From contig NC_086108.1 in the NCBI RefSeq assembly GCF_963921235.1, forward strand, positions 84,384,001-84,448,000: a DNA stretch of 64,000 nucleotides, in the 5' to 3' direction. The translations under genes and the position numbers were made by a program. The notes beneath the pieces were generated by a model, which saw nothing but the letters and a program-made list of their open reading frames with translations, was not told where the DNA came from and searched no databases. Shown in pieces: positions 1 through 12,027 of the stretch. How positions within the stretch are numbered: the stretch's first letter is position 1; each line of letters starts with the position of its first letter. Origin of the DNA: Mobula hypostoma. Taxonomy: Eukaryota.

Positions 1-894
1 ACTATAACTTCTCATTAAATTTTGCAAGTCTTTTCATTTCTCTTAAACCTTTTCCACTTCCAAGTGTACATATTGCAATTTCTAATTTCAACTATATACT
101 CTTTTTTTTGAAGCCTTTATAGATTTGCTAGAATATTTTAGCGAGATTGTAATGCCTCAACCTCCCTTAAAGTTAAGGTAACAAAACAGATGGTTTGCAT
201 CAGATTCATTTGCTGGAAGCTACTTTACAAAGTAACAAATTGATCTTTTAAGTTGCAATTTTATGGCATAGTAGTATATTTTCTCAGTGCCCTATTCTAT
301 TGAAAGTGACCCATTTATATCATTGAGCAAAGTTTTTAAAAAAAAAAGTCAATGTAATCAAGAATAGTTGGAGATATGCTCAATAAACATAATTTTGATT
401 GAAGTCATTCTGCTTACAGTGTGGATCTGAAGGAATTATACAGATTGGAGAAATCCAGGCAGAGTGGCTGAGAGGGAATAGAATTATTGAAGTTTATTTT
501 TGTTGCTTGTATGGAACAGGTTTTATTTGAGGAGTCAATTTTATCCCAATGCAGGATTTAAAGAATGCAATGGTTAGACTTGAACACCCAAGTTTAATTA
601 ATACAAAACCCAAGTGGTCTTCTTCTTTCCAATGTCAGGGCAACTGCCATTACAAGTTTAGCATTAAGAAAGAACTAAAAACTTAATTAGCTATTTTGTA
701 AATCCATTTTTGTATAAATTAGAAAGCTTCTACTTTTTAAGTAAATGAAGTTTCCACTCAACACAATTTAAACAAAAGTTTAATGATGTAGATGATAATT
801 TGAACACATAAATGTGTAAAATGTTGCAGTTCAAGTTGGGATCTTATAAGTTTTATACAAAGAAATGCACATGTCAAAGGCAATGTACTTACTT

Positions 895-1335
895 ACTTAT
901 TTAGCAATACCATGCGGAACAGGCTCTTCTTGCCCATCAAGTTGCACTGCCCAGCAACCCACCTACTTAAACCCGAGCCATATCACAGGACAGTTCACTT
1001 ACTAACCAGTACACCTTTGAAATGTGGGAGGAAACTCACGCGTTCAGAGGGAGGACGTACAAACTCCTTACAGGCAGCACCAGAATCCCAGCACCCTGAA
1101 CTGTAATAGCATTGTGAGCACACTCATTGGAAAAACAGCACCAAGACAACACTGGAGGACAGTGCCTTCAATTGCAGTCGCTGCAGCTGAGACTGTCACT
1201 CCTGTGTGGGACTTTACAGCCACAACAGACGTTGCTCTAACGCAGACTGAAGAAAGACTTTCCAGGCACAGATCCATGGTCTCGTGAGACTAACGGATGC
1301 CACCACCAACCGCTACGCTACTGTGACACCCACTG
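895..1335 (-). mobile_element. tRNA-derived V-SINE (HE1-like), split by an RTE 3' fragment
   Basis: Reverse-strand V-SINE hallmarks: ctttgaaatgtgggaggaaac...gtacaaactccttacaggcagc...ctgtaatagcattgtg | aaccgctacgctac; CR1-like tail near 895-950. Confidence 0.65.
1117..1307 (+). mobile_element. RTE-type LINE 3' end fragment inserted in V-SINE
   Basis: Ends with atccatggtctcgtgagactaacggatgcc plus (cac)n, resembling RTE 3' termini; interrupts the V-SINE between tagcattgtg and aaccgctacg. Confidence 0.55.
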
Positions 1336-1844
1336 TATGGGAAATGAAAAGCCCAAGCTTTTCATTCCAAACAGCACTTCTTTCAAAATGGAAATAAGTA
1401 GTACATAGTATTTTTTTATCTCACAGAAACGGGTTATTTAAACCAAGTCTTTAAGCACATTTCATCCACCATTTCCTTCCATTCCTTTCTCTCTCATGTA
1501 CTTATGATCTATACTGCTCAGGTCAAATAATCCACGTGCTACATAGTTCTGTATTCTACACAACCTCCACCAGGATACTACTGAATTCTTGAGAAAACCT
1601 TTATAACACTAAAGGCTGCAAATCATGCCATCTCTATACAAGCAATGCAGTCCCATTCCCATATGTTTCTCCACTAGCCTGCACTTCTTGGAACCTATTC
1701 AATTTCTCTCCAGAACTTCAAAACGGTATTTATTAGTAACCAGATATTCCTCTCTAACAAACATGCAGTACTTAATAGAATTCAAACTATTCAAACCTCA
1801 GCAACAATCAGGTTATAAAGAGAAGCAAAGTAAGACGACCATCT

Positions 1845-1928
1845 GCTCATTTCCTGAACTGCTGAGTTCTTCCAGCATTTTGTGCGTGTTACTATGGATT
1901 TCCAACATCTGCAGACTTCCTCATGTTC
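1845..1928 (+). mobile_element. Short Penelope-like terminal remnant
   Basis: ctgctgagttcttccagcattttgtgcgtgtt...gatttccaacatctgcaga; second copy at about 39120-39205. Confidence 0.45.
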
Positions 1929-2629
1929 ATAAAGAAAGATGTTAAATGGATTCCATGCTCCTCCATATTTTACTTTAAAAGCAACTACAGTTCCTAAAAT
2001 TTCCTCTGTAATCTTCACAAAACACCAACAATTTTTACTCAAGATTGAACTTTCAGAGAATATACTAAAAGTCTCCAAACAAAATAACAAAACAGGAATA
2101 ACACATAGACCAACAAATTAAAGGTGTGCCTCTTTTTCCCACAATGTCCAAGGAAGTACAAAATGATTATTTTCCCCCAAAAGATACATTCTGTGATCGG
2201 CAATCAATTAAGAACTACATTTCAGAATCAGGAAGATAGATTCTCAAAGGTATGATTTTCCAGTTTCAAGGCAAAGCCAAGTTTACAAAGGACCTAATAT
2301 TGCATGGGTTGTTAAAAGAGAAATAACATTATTGCTACTGCAGAAACAGCCAAATAGTAGTTATTTCTCCTCAGCAAGATTTCCTCACGCAGCATCTGTT
2401 ACAAGAGGAAAAACAGAGATACACAAAAAGGATGGAGAGGAAATACTGTACTGTTTAAAGAAATAAATTACCAATGAGAAGGAATACCATGATACAAGAA
2501 TCAGCATAGGAAAGAAATGGCTAGATCCAGGAAAAGGAGGGAATATAAGGTGGGCATTGGGGAATAAGGAATGGGAAATTAAGTAAGAGGTAGTTTCGGG
2601 CAAGAGGGAAAGGATGTCTGGCAAGAGAG

Positions 2630-3245
2630 GAAGATAAATGATACTTATTTCAGCAAAATGTGAAGCACTACACTTGGGCAAGAGAAAATACTATCAACAG
2701 GATTTTAAGTGGTGTGGGGAACAAGAATACTTGTTTATTCACAGAAACTTAAAAGGTAGCAGGTCAGGTCAACTACGTCTTTACAAATACATACAGATCG
2801 TTTTATTGGCTGAGGCAATGAATTTAAGAGCAGAATAGTTATGCTATAGATGTATTTTGATTACAACCCAATCACTAAGTAGTATTAATCAGCATTTTGC
2901 AGAAAAAAAATGATTTAACTGGAGAGGTTACAGAGGAGATACACAAGGCTGTTACCAGGATGGGAAAATTATAACTATGAGGAAAGATTGGCAACAGAGG
3001 AATTTGAAAGTAGTCTTCATGATGTACAAAATTATAAGGGCTTACATAGGATAAATACATAAAGAACTATTTCCATTAGTAGGAAGGTTTTAAAAACAGG
3101 CAGATTTCAAATAAAGGATACAAGAGGGAGTTTGAGAAAACAATTTTTGTCCTGAAGTGCTATAGGTTACAAACACACTACCTGAAAGGGTGGTAGAAGC
3201 AGAAACATTCAACATGTTCAAAAAGTACTTCTTTAAGTACTTGAA
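2630..3245 (+). mobile_element. Ancient CR1 LINE 3' fragment
   Basis: KCEALHLGK motif (ORF 2638-2838) and degraded CR1 C-terminal sequence (ctacctgaaagggtggtagaagcag). Confidence 0.6.
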
Positions 3246-3625
3246 CCTCCAAGAGGACCACAACCTTGTCACGGTTTGGAGTCAGGGCTTAATGCTTTGG
3301 CTCTTGGTACGGTCACCAATGCCAAACAGGTCAAAGGGGAGAGGCTAGAGTAAGAGTGGTCCAACAGTCCTCCAGGTTCTGGGTTTTAGCTCAAGGCTAA
3401 CAACCCTGATTAGTAAAACAAAATTGTTATGGAAACAGCAATGTAGAATCCTTCTACATCTGAGTGAAACAGCATTCCTGAATCTCCACGTAGGACTTGT
3501 ATGACTGACAGCAGTGAAAAATCCAGAGGAAGCTACTGACACGATGAAGGAAGCCCTGAACACTGCCAGAAATGGAGGACCTTCATTGCTGCCCTAAATG
3601 CCAGCAGCGTAATGGGCAGTAAGTG
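3246..3625 (+). mobile_element. Bipartite non-autonomous RTE derivative (5' UTR fused to 3' end)
   Basis: Perfect 10-bp TSD agtacttgaa (3236-3245, 3626-3635). RTE 5'UTR-like ggtcaccaatgccaaacaggtc...tcctccaggtt...ggctaacaaccc joined to RTE 3' end tggaggaccttcattgctgccct...gggcagtaagtgag. Confidence 0.75.
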
Positions 3626-3904
3626 AGTACTTGAAAAGGATAAGATCCTTACATGCTCGAGACTAGGGAAGGTGAGACAAAGCTGAATTACATTTTTAAT
3701 CCAGCATGAATGTGATACTCCTAATAGCTTAATGTGTTATAATTTTTCTGATTTATTTTCAGGATTGACAAATGATAAAGGTTTGTATTCTAGAGCATCC
3801 CATTACAAGTTCCGGAAAATCTCTGTCCTGAAAAGCAGTCATTAAATCCATTCACAAGGTAGGCATACAGTGGCTTTACTTTCTGGGAAGGATAAGGACA
3901 TTCA

Positions 3905-3967
3905 GCTTGTCACTGAACACTCTAACAAGCTTCAACAGATGTACTATTGAAAGCATCCTGATCTGTT
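3905..3967 (+). mobile_element. Rex1/Babar LINE fragment (5' part of copy split by CR1)
   Basis: Encodes degraded TLTSFNRCTIESIL; the motif continues (IMVWYG) at about 8918. Confidence 0.55.
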
Positions 3968-4055
3968 ACATAAGAAATAGAAGCAGGAGTAGGCCATCTG
4001 GCCCATCGAGCCTGCCCCGCCATTCAATAAGATCATGGCTGATCTGTCTGTAAAC

Positions 4056-7000
4056 TCAGCTCCACCTCCCTGCCTTTTCCCCATAACTCTTAATTCCCTT
4101 GCTATGTAAAAACCTATATAAATGTTTCTTAAATATATTTAGTGAAGAAGCCTCAACTGTTTCCCTGGGCAGAGAATTCCACAGATTCACCACTCTCTGG
4201 GAAAAACAGTTTCTCCTCATCTCCGTCCTAAATCTTCTCCTCTGAATCTTGAGGCAATGTCCCCTAGTTCTAGTCTCACCTACCAAAGGAAACAACTTTC
4301 CTACTATTCTATCTATCCCTTTCAAAATTTTGTACGTTTCTATAAGATCCCCTCTCATTCTTCTGAACTCCATAGAGGATAGTCCCAGGCGACTCAATCT
4401 CTCCTCATAGGTTAACCCCTTCATCCCTGGAATCAACCTGGTGAACCTCCTCTGCAAAGCCAGTATATCCTTCCTCAAGTACGGAGACCAGAACTGCACA
4501 CAGTACTCAGGTGTGGCCTCACCAGTACCCTGTATAGTTGCAGCATGACCTCCATGCCCTTGAGTTCAATCCCTCTAGCAATAAAGGCCAATGTTCCGCT
4601 TGCCTTCTTAAACACCTGTTGTACCTGCAAGCCAATGTTTTGCAATTCATGCACAAGCACTCCCAAGTCCCGCTGCACAACAGCATGCTGCAATCTTTCA
4701 CCATTTAAATAACAATCTGCTCTTCTGTTATTCCTTCCAAAGTGGATGATCTTGCACTTACCAATGTTGTATTCCATCTGCCAGACCTTGGCCCACTCAC
4801 TTAACCCACCCACTTAACCCACCTATATCCCTCCGCAGACTCTCCACATCCTCTGTACAATTTGCTTTTCCACTCAGTTTAGTGTCATCAGCAAATTTTG
4901 CTATGCTACACTCAGTCTCCTCTTCCAAATCATGAATATAACTGGTAAACAGCTGCGGGTCCAGCACCGACCCCTGCGGCACCCCACTCACCACTGACTG
5001 CCAACCGGAGAAACACCCATTTATACCAACTCTCTGCCTTCTATCAGTTGACCAATCCATTATCCATGCCAATACACTTCCTCTGACTCCATGCATCCAT
5101 ATCTTATTTATAAGTCTCTTGTGCGGCACCTTATCGAACGCCTTCTGGAAATCCAAGTTTACGACATCCACCTGTTCCCCTCTATCCACTGCACTCATTA
5201 TGTCCTCAAAGAATTTAAGTAAGTTTGTCAAATAGGACCTGCCCTTTCTGAATCCATGCTGTGCCTGTTTAATGGAACCACTCCTTTCTAAATGTTTCGC
5301 TATTTTTTTCCTTAATGACAGCTTCAAGCATTTTCCCGACTACAGATGTTAAGCTAACTGGCCTGTAGTTGCCCATCTTTTACCAACATCCTTTTTAAAA
5401 AAGTGGCGTGACATTTGCTGTCTTCAAACCCGCCAGGACCTGCCCAGAGTCTAGAAAGTTTTGATAAATGATTACCAACACATCTACTATAACCTCCACC
5501 AATTCCTTCAGCACCCTGGGATGCATCTCCTCAGGACCAGGGGACTTATCTACCTTCAGACCCTCTAGTTTGCTCATCACTATCTCTTTAGTGACACGGA
5601 TTTTATCGAGGTCCTCACCTCCCATTTCATCCATAACATCATTCTTTGGCATATTAGACGTGTCCTCCACCATGAAGACCGACACAAAATAGTCGTTCAA
5701 TGCCTCAGCCATTTCCTTAACACCGAACATGGTGGAGGATTACAAATACCTGGGGATACGAATTGACAATAAACTGGACTGGTCTAAGAACACTGAGGCT
5801 GTCTACAAGAAGGGTCAGAGTCGTCTCTATTTCCTGAGGAGACTGAGGTCCTTTAACATCTGCCGGACGATGCTGAGGACGTTCTACGAGTCTGTGGTGG
5901 CCAGTGCTATCATGTTTGCTGTTGTGTGCTGGGGCAGCATGCTGAGGGTAGCAGACACCAACAGAATCAACAAACTCATTCGTAAGGCCAGTGATGTTGT
6001 GGGGATGAATCTGGACGCTCTGATGGTGGTGTCTGAAAAGAGGATGCTGTCTAAGTTGCATGCCATCTTGGTCAATGTCTCCCATCCACTACATAATGTA
6101 CTGGGTGGGCACAGGAGTACATTCAGCCAGAGACTCATTCCTCCGAGATACAGCACAGAGCATCATAGGAAGTCATTCCTGCCTGTGGCCATCAAACTTT
6201 ACAACTCCTCCCTTAAAGGGTCAGACACCCTGAGCCGATAGACTGGTCCTGGACTTACTTCATAATTTACTGGCATAATTTACATATTACTATTTAACTA
6301 TTTATGGTTCTATTACTATTTATTATTTATGGTGCAACTGTAACAAAAACCAATTTCCCCCGGGATCAATAAAGTATGACTACGACTATATCAATTTTCC
6401 TTTATCGTCTTCTAAGGGACCTATGTTGCCTTTAGCCACCCTCTTCCGCTGTATATATTTATAAAAACTTTTGTTATCTGTTTTTATATTTTGTGCTAAT
6501 TTACTTTCATACTCTATCTTCCCTTTCCTTATTTCTTGTTTAGTTATTCTCTGTTGCTTTTTAAAGTTTTCCCAATCCTCCAATCTCCCACTACTCTTTG
6601 CAACTTTGTACACGAGCTTTTAATTTGATACCATCTTTTATTTCCTTAGTTATTCAAGGCTGGCTCTCCCCACACTTACTGCCCTTACTTTTGAAAAAAA
6701 CTTTTGTTGAGCACTGTAAACAATCTCTTTGAAAGTATTCCACTATTCCTCAACTGTCCTACCAAATAGCCTGTGGTCCCTATCCACATTAGCCAACTCC
6801 TCCCTCATCCCGTTGTAGTCTCCCTTGTTCAAGCATAATACACTAGTTTTAGATCTATTTCATCCTCCATCTGAATGCAAAATTCAATCATAGTATGATC
6901 ACTCTTTCCAAGAGGATCCCTGACTACAAGATTGTTAATCTTACCTGTCTCATTGCACAGGACTAGATCTAAAATAGTATTTTCCTTTGTAGGTTCACTA

Positions 7001-7530
7001 ACATTCTGCTCAAGAAAGCCATCACTGATGCATTCTATGAAATTCTCCTCAAGACTTCCTTGACCAACCTGATTCACCCAATCTATGTGGAAGTTAAAAT
7101 CCCCCATGACAACTACCATTCCGTTCTTACAAGCCTCAGTTATTTCTAGGTTAATCGCCTCTGCCACTGCAATGTTTTTATTAGGTGGCCTATAGACAAC
7201 ACCCACCAGTGATTTTTTTTTCCCTTTACTATTCTTAATCTCTACCCAGATGGACTGAACATTCCGCGCCATAGATCTTATATCGTCTCTCACAATTGCC
7301 CTGATCTCATCCCTGATCAAGAGCGCCACCCCACCTCCTCTGCCTTCCAGCCTATCTTTCCGTATTACCTGATACCCTTGGATATTTAATTCCCAGTCCT
7401 CTCCACCTTGCAACCAGGTTTCTGTAATGGCCACTAAATCATACGCTTCGGTACTGATCTGTACCACAAGTTCACTAACCTTGTTTCTAATACTACGGGC
7501 ATTTAAATAAAGCGCTCTTATACTCATTGT
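4056..7530 (-). pseudogene. CR1 ORF2 (APE endonuclease-reverse transcriptase), disrupted
   Basis: ORFs 6829-7581, 6386-6613, 5395-5730, 4797-5327, 4475-4813 and 4056-4499 are colinear pieces. Confidence 0.88.
5728..6388 (+). mobile_element. 5'-truncated Rex1/Babar LINE inserted in CR1 ORF2
   Basis: ORF 5729-6241 YKYLG...KKGQSRLYFLRRLRSF...FYESVVAS...VVCWG; AATAAA and (tatgac)n tail; CR1 frame GPLEDDKGKLI | GVKEMAEALN resumes across it. Confidence 0.88.
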
Positions 7531-7673
7531 CTTTTTAGAACCTAGTGACCTATGCGATTTTTGCTTTTTAATTTTATGCACTCTACTCTTACTTTTTCTT
7601 CACTAACTCTAGCTTTGGTCTCTGCATCACTTCCCTCTTCTTTTCTGTGTGGGTTCCCACCCTCCCTGCCATA

Positions 7674-8610
7674 TTAGTTTAAAGCCTCTCCAACAGCACT
7701 AGCAAACAATCTCCCTAGGACATTGATCCCGGTCCTGCCCAGATGCAGACCGTTCAGACAGTACTGGTCCCACCTCCCCCAGAAGTGGTTCCAATGCCCC
7801 AGGAATCTGAAACCCTCCCTCCTGCACCACTGCTCAAGCCACATATTCATTCTAGTTATCCTGCTATTCCAACTCTGGCTAGCACGTGGCACCAGTAATA
7901 ATCCTGAAATGATTACCTATGAGCTCCTACTCTGTATCTCCTAGCTCCCTAAATTCAGCTTGTAGAACCTCATCCCGCTTTCTTCCTATACCGTTAGTAC
8001 CTACATGCACCACGACAGCTGGCTGCTCACCCTCCCCTTTCAGAATGCCCTGCAGCCTCTCCGAGATATCACTAACCCTTGCACTCGGGAGGCAACATAC
8101 CATATGGGAATCCCGTTTGTGGTCACAGAAGCTCCTCTCTATTCCCCCTACCATGGAATCCCCTCCCACAACAGCTCCTCCACTCTTTTTCTTGCCCTTA
8201 TGCACAGCAGGGCCACCCACAGTGCTATGATCCTGGCTACTGCTGCCTTCACCTGACAAGTGATCTCCCCAAACAGACTCCAAAGCGGTATATCTGGAAG
8301 GAGATGACCGCAGGAGACTCCTGTAATACCTTCCCGCGGCTACTCTTCCTGTTGGTCACCCATTCCTTATATTTCTTTAGATCCTTAAACTGCGGTGTGA
8401 CCAACTCACTAAATGTGCTATCCACAACATTCTCAGCATCTCGGATGCTCGAAAGTGAGTCCGTGCGCAGCTCCAGTGCTGTCATGCGGTCTATCAGGAG
8501 CTGCAGCTGGACACACTTCCTGCACACATAGTCTTCAGGGACATTGTCAGCCTCCCTGAGTTCTCACATGTCACAGGAGGAGCATGGCACGGATCTAAGC
8601 TAACCTGCCA
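7674..8610 (-). pseudogene. CR1 ORF1 (zinc finger + SGNH esterase), frameshifted
   Basis: ORFs 8249-8527, 7927-8283 and 7674-7892 carry consecutive ORF1 motifs in different frames. Confidence 0.8.
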
Positions 8611-8794
8611 TGTCAGAGCAATGGATGTTAGCGGAAGAGGAACACGAGAGAAAGGGAAGAGTTTGCTGGGGAAGTCGAAGGCTGTTATCTGTGAGTCTCA
8701 GCGAATCAGTTCTTCGCCTTGACCCTTCTTCGCCGAAGCGCTATTTGAGCCAAAGCCCTCTCAGTCCACTGACCGCTCCGAGCGCTGCCTGCTG

Positions 8795-8846
8795 TATATG
8801 GCGGTCTTCTTTTAAAACTCTTCCCAGACTCTACCAGCTGACGTCA
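8795..8846 (-). promoter_or_regulatory. Putative CR1 internal promoter (CRE, TATA-like, YY1-like)
   Basis: Element-sense order TGACGTCA (8839-8846), TTTTAAAA, CCGCCAT; a homologous block is present at about 52185-52240 and 59350-59405. Confidence 0.4.
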
Positions 8847-8917
8847 TATGCCTTCTCTCTGAAAATCCCTTCAGACATTCCACTCGCAGCCTTCTCGCTT
8901 CGAATCTTCAAATATTT

Positions 8918-9360
8918 CATCATGGTCTGGTACGGCAGAAATGTAAGCTCCTGTAGAGAGTAATGCACACAGCCAATACATCCCGAGCATTTTCCTCCTC
9001 ACCATTAGCAGTATATACAGGGGGCACTGGCTCAAGAAGTCAATCTCCATCAGAGATCTCCACTATCTGAGTCATGACATCACCACCAGATTCAAGAATA
9101 GCTACTTCCCTTCAACCAATTGGCACAACTTTAATCACAACGGAGTTTAGCAGCACTGTCACACTATTTCGTTGATCATTGCACTAAAATAAACATTTTT
9201 TAAATTTTGATTTTGTTCTTTCTCGTAAAACTACTGTTGATGATTTTCTTGTGAATGCTTATATCATGTTATGTGTCCGTGCTGCTGCAGCAAAATTTTC
9301 ATTGCATCTGTGCCTGCGTGTACTTATGTATATGACAATAAACTCAACTTTCACTTTGAC
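8918..9360 (+). mobile_element. Rex1/Babar LINE 3' fragment
   Basis: catcatggtctggtacgg...accaccagattcaagaatagctacttccc (TTRFKNSYFP); 3' end tgacaataaac. Confidence 0.6.
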
Positions 9361-9556
9361 TTCATACAATTCAACTCCAACATTCTGCAGTATCAGGTGC
9401 GAATTTATCAACCTAAAGCATGTTATACAAACTGAATTATGAATCTTCCAAGTCATTTTCAAGTATAATCTTCATGATAACTTTTGACTGGACATGGACA
9501 ATTTCTGAACCATTTCTACTGCCCTGATCCTCTGCTTCCTCAAACAAGACCATCTG

Positions 9557-11510
9557 CGTACATACATCTATTGATGCTTCTGGACACATCTTCAGTGATG
9601 TTCCTGGAATTATCGGGTGTTTCGGGTCTTTCAACATCATACAACCTCCTCCAGGTGACCCAGCCGGGGCTGATCAGACCCCAGCTTGTGTCCAGATGGC
9701 TAGCTACTTATGACTCCATGGCTCCCCTCTTTTGAGCCACAGCCATCTTGAGGTCCTCTCTGCCGCATCGGTGGTACTGCGGATGGCTCTCCTCTTCCTC
9801 TCTGCCTCGATGCCCAAAATGCTGAAGGCTCTAACTAAAGAATGGGCTACGAATCCCCTACAACCAACCTCCACTGGGAGACACCTCGCTCTCCATCCAG
9901 CCTGCTGACAGTTGCTGACCAGTCCTGCGTACTTGGAGAGCTTCCTTTCAAAGGCCTCTTCCAAGCTATCTTCCCATGGGACTGTCAGCTCCAGCAGCAC
10001 CACTTGCTTAGTAGACTCAGACACAAGGACAATGTCTGGTCGCAGGGTGGTGGCTGCGATATGGTTGGGGAACTTCAGCTGCCGTTCGAGGTCCACCAAC
10101 AGCTGCCAGTCCCTTGCAGAGGTCAGAATGCCTGCAGATGTTCTTTTGGCAGGTATTGGCTGCTCCCCAGCTCTGACAAAGGCAATGGTCTGCTTGGAGG
10201 GTCGGGAACGCTTCACCCACTCAACTCCCGCGCTGACGGCTTCAGCGATGGTCTTCAGGACCTGATCATGCCTCCACCTGTATCGTCCCTCACCAAGTGC
10301 CCTTGCACAGCCACTGAGGATGTGCTCCAGGGTTCCTCGCTTGGAGCACAGTGGGCACGCAGATGACTCTGCCTTGCCCCATGTGTGCAGGTTTGATGGG
10401 CTTGGAAGCACATCGTACACTGCCTGGATGAGAAATTGAATGCGGTGTGGTTCGGCTTTCCAAAGATCAGCCCAAGTCACTTTCCTCCCAACCACATTCT
10501 CCCATCTTGTCCAAGCTCCCTGTTGCTTCATTCCCACCGCCTTGCAGGCTCTCATCTCCTCCACTACTGCTCTCACCTCCTCCTGAACTAGACAACGCCT
10601 TTCCTTCCCTCTGGTGTCCATTTGGGGAGTTGGAAAGGATCCTAGCCCAGCTTGGCCTCGTGTGACCACTCCCACCAGCCTCCTGTGATGCAGCCTCGCC
10701 TCTGCCTCCTGAACTGCTTCCTCTGCCCTCCACTCCAAGCCAGTACATACTTGGATCCCTGCTCTAGCCACCTTCGGGTCACTTGAGTCCCTATACTGTA
10801 GCACTTCTCTGGCTCTTGTTACCTTGAATTCTTCCTCCAAGGATTTGAAGGGCAGTTGCAGTTTGTTGAGGTGTCCATAGAGTGCGATGCTGCTCAGGCT
10901 CTTTGGCAGCCCCAGCCATCTCCTGAGGTGGTTGCTAACCCTCCTCTCTAAGGTTTCGACTGTCAAGATCGGAACTGCATAGACGAGGAGGGGCCACAAG
11001 ATTCTGGGAAGAATGCCATGCTGATACACCCAGGCTTTAAACTTCCCAGGTAGGCCAGACTTGTCCACAGATTTCAGCCAGCCATCCAACTTGGTGCAGG
11101 TTGCCTGAATGGATGTTGTGTCCCTTAAAGAGCTGTCAAAAACTTTGCCTAAGCTCTTAACTGGCTTTTCTGTGATGGTTGGGATGGCTGTGCCTGCGAT
11201 GCTGAACCGGAACTTGTTCTCCACCTTCCCTTTCCTCAGCACCATTGATCTTGATTTGGCAGGTTTGAAACGCATCCGGGCCCACACCACCAGCTTTTCG
11301 AGCCCTTGCAGAATCCTCCGGCAGCCTGGGACTGATTCTGTGGTGACTGTGAGGTCTTCCATGAATGCCCTGATAGGTGGTTGCCGTTGAGTGGAATTCA
11401 TTCTGGGCCCTCTGGACTCTGGTTCAACAGACTTAGTGAGCATGTTCATGGCTAGGGAGAACAGTGTCACTGAGATAGTGCACCCTGTGATGATGCTGAC
11501 CTCCACCTTG
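9557..11510 (-). mobile_element. 5'-truncated HERO-type (R2/NeSL group) RLE non-LTR retrotransposon
   Basis: ORF with RT 3' half and RLE endonuclease motifs; 3'UTR at about 9557-9703. Confidence 0.85.
9704..11510 (-). CDS. HERO ORF fragment: RT C-half, CCHC finger and restriction-like endonuclease (uninterrupted, 5'-truncated)
   Basis: ITGCTIS, FMEDLTV (FMDD-like), CPLC...HILSGC, YRWRHD, RPDIV, LLELTVPWE, RKLSKY in one frame (track ORF 9704-11617). Confidence 0.75.
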
Positions 11511-12027
11511 CCTTGTGGAGGTGCCTCTCTTTTTTTTCGTGAATGCTCTCTGATATTTTTTTTTATTTTTTTTAATTTTATTTTTATTTGGATAAGGTAT
11601 TCACAAGTAATACACAAACTTTTTTTACATATATAACCTTTTCCATTTTTATGTGAGTAAGTCTATTTTAATTTGTACATTCACAAGTGCACATTGAGAT
11701 AACATAGAAAATAATTAGGCATTGAAATAGATGTTAATGTGCAATTGTAATTCCACTCTATTAATCTAAATAATGATAATAGTTGTTATAAATATATTAA
11801 TAATAGCGGTTGAATACTAATTTCCATGTATCTCTTCTGGTCCAAAATTTCCCCAGATCTTTTCTTTATTTGTGTTAATTCCACATTTTCCAAAAAAAAA
11901 GAACAGTAAACATTCGAGCCAAGGGTGCTTACGTTAACACTATTACTATGTTGGTGAGACAAACAGTATAAACCATTCAGTGAGTCATCTAAAGTCTGCT
12001 CACTCTGGGGTTATAAATTCAATCCAT

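Larger units (their letters stand above)
3968..8910 (-). mobile_element. Near full-length CR1 LINE (5'UTR, ORF1, ORF2), decayed
   Basis: ORF1 pieces CRKCVQL zinc finger/leucine zipper, GDSMV, VVHVGTN, GLHL; ORF2 APE endonuclease (YLNARS, AITETWL, YRPP, GDFN, SDH) and RT (QHGF, LDFQKAFDKVPH, SGVPQGS, KFADDTK); CR1 tail at about 3968-3990. Confidence 0.92.

Noticed and set aside
400..500. Possible exon after attctgcttacag (419)
   Set aside because: No convincing donor site or recognisable peptide.
895..1335. tRNA gene
   Set aside because: Only a degenerate tRNA-derived SINE head; no cloverleaf (same for 39655-39915).
9842..11390. Several 70-170 aa plus-strand ORFs
   Set aside because: Antisense shadows of the GC-rich HERO ORF; similar shadows overlap the other LINEs.
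11511..11617. N-terminal extension of the 637-aa ORF (MCITCEYLIQIKIKLKKIKK...)
   Set aside because: Read through the neighbouring L1 poly(A) tail, TSD and flank; not part of the HERO protein.
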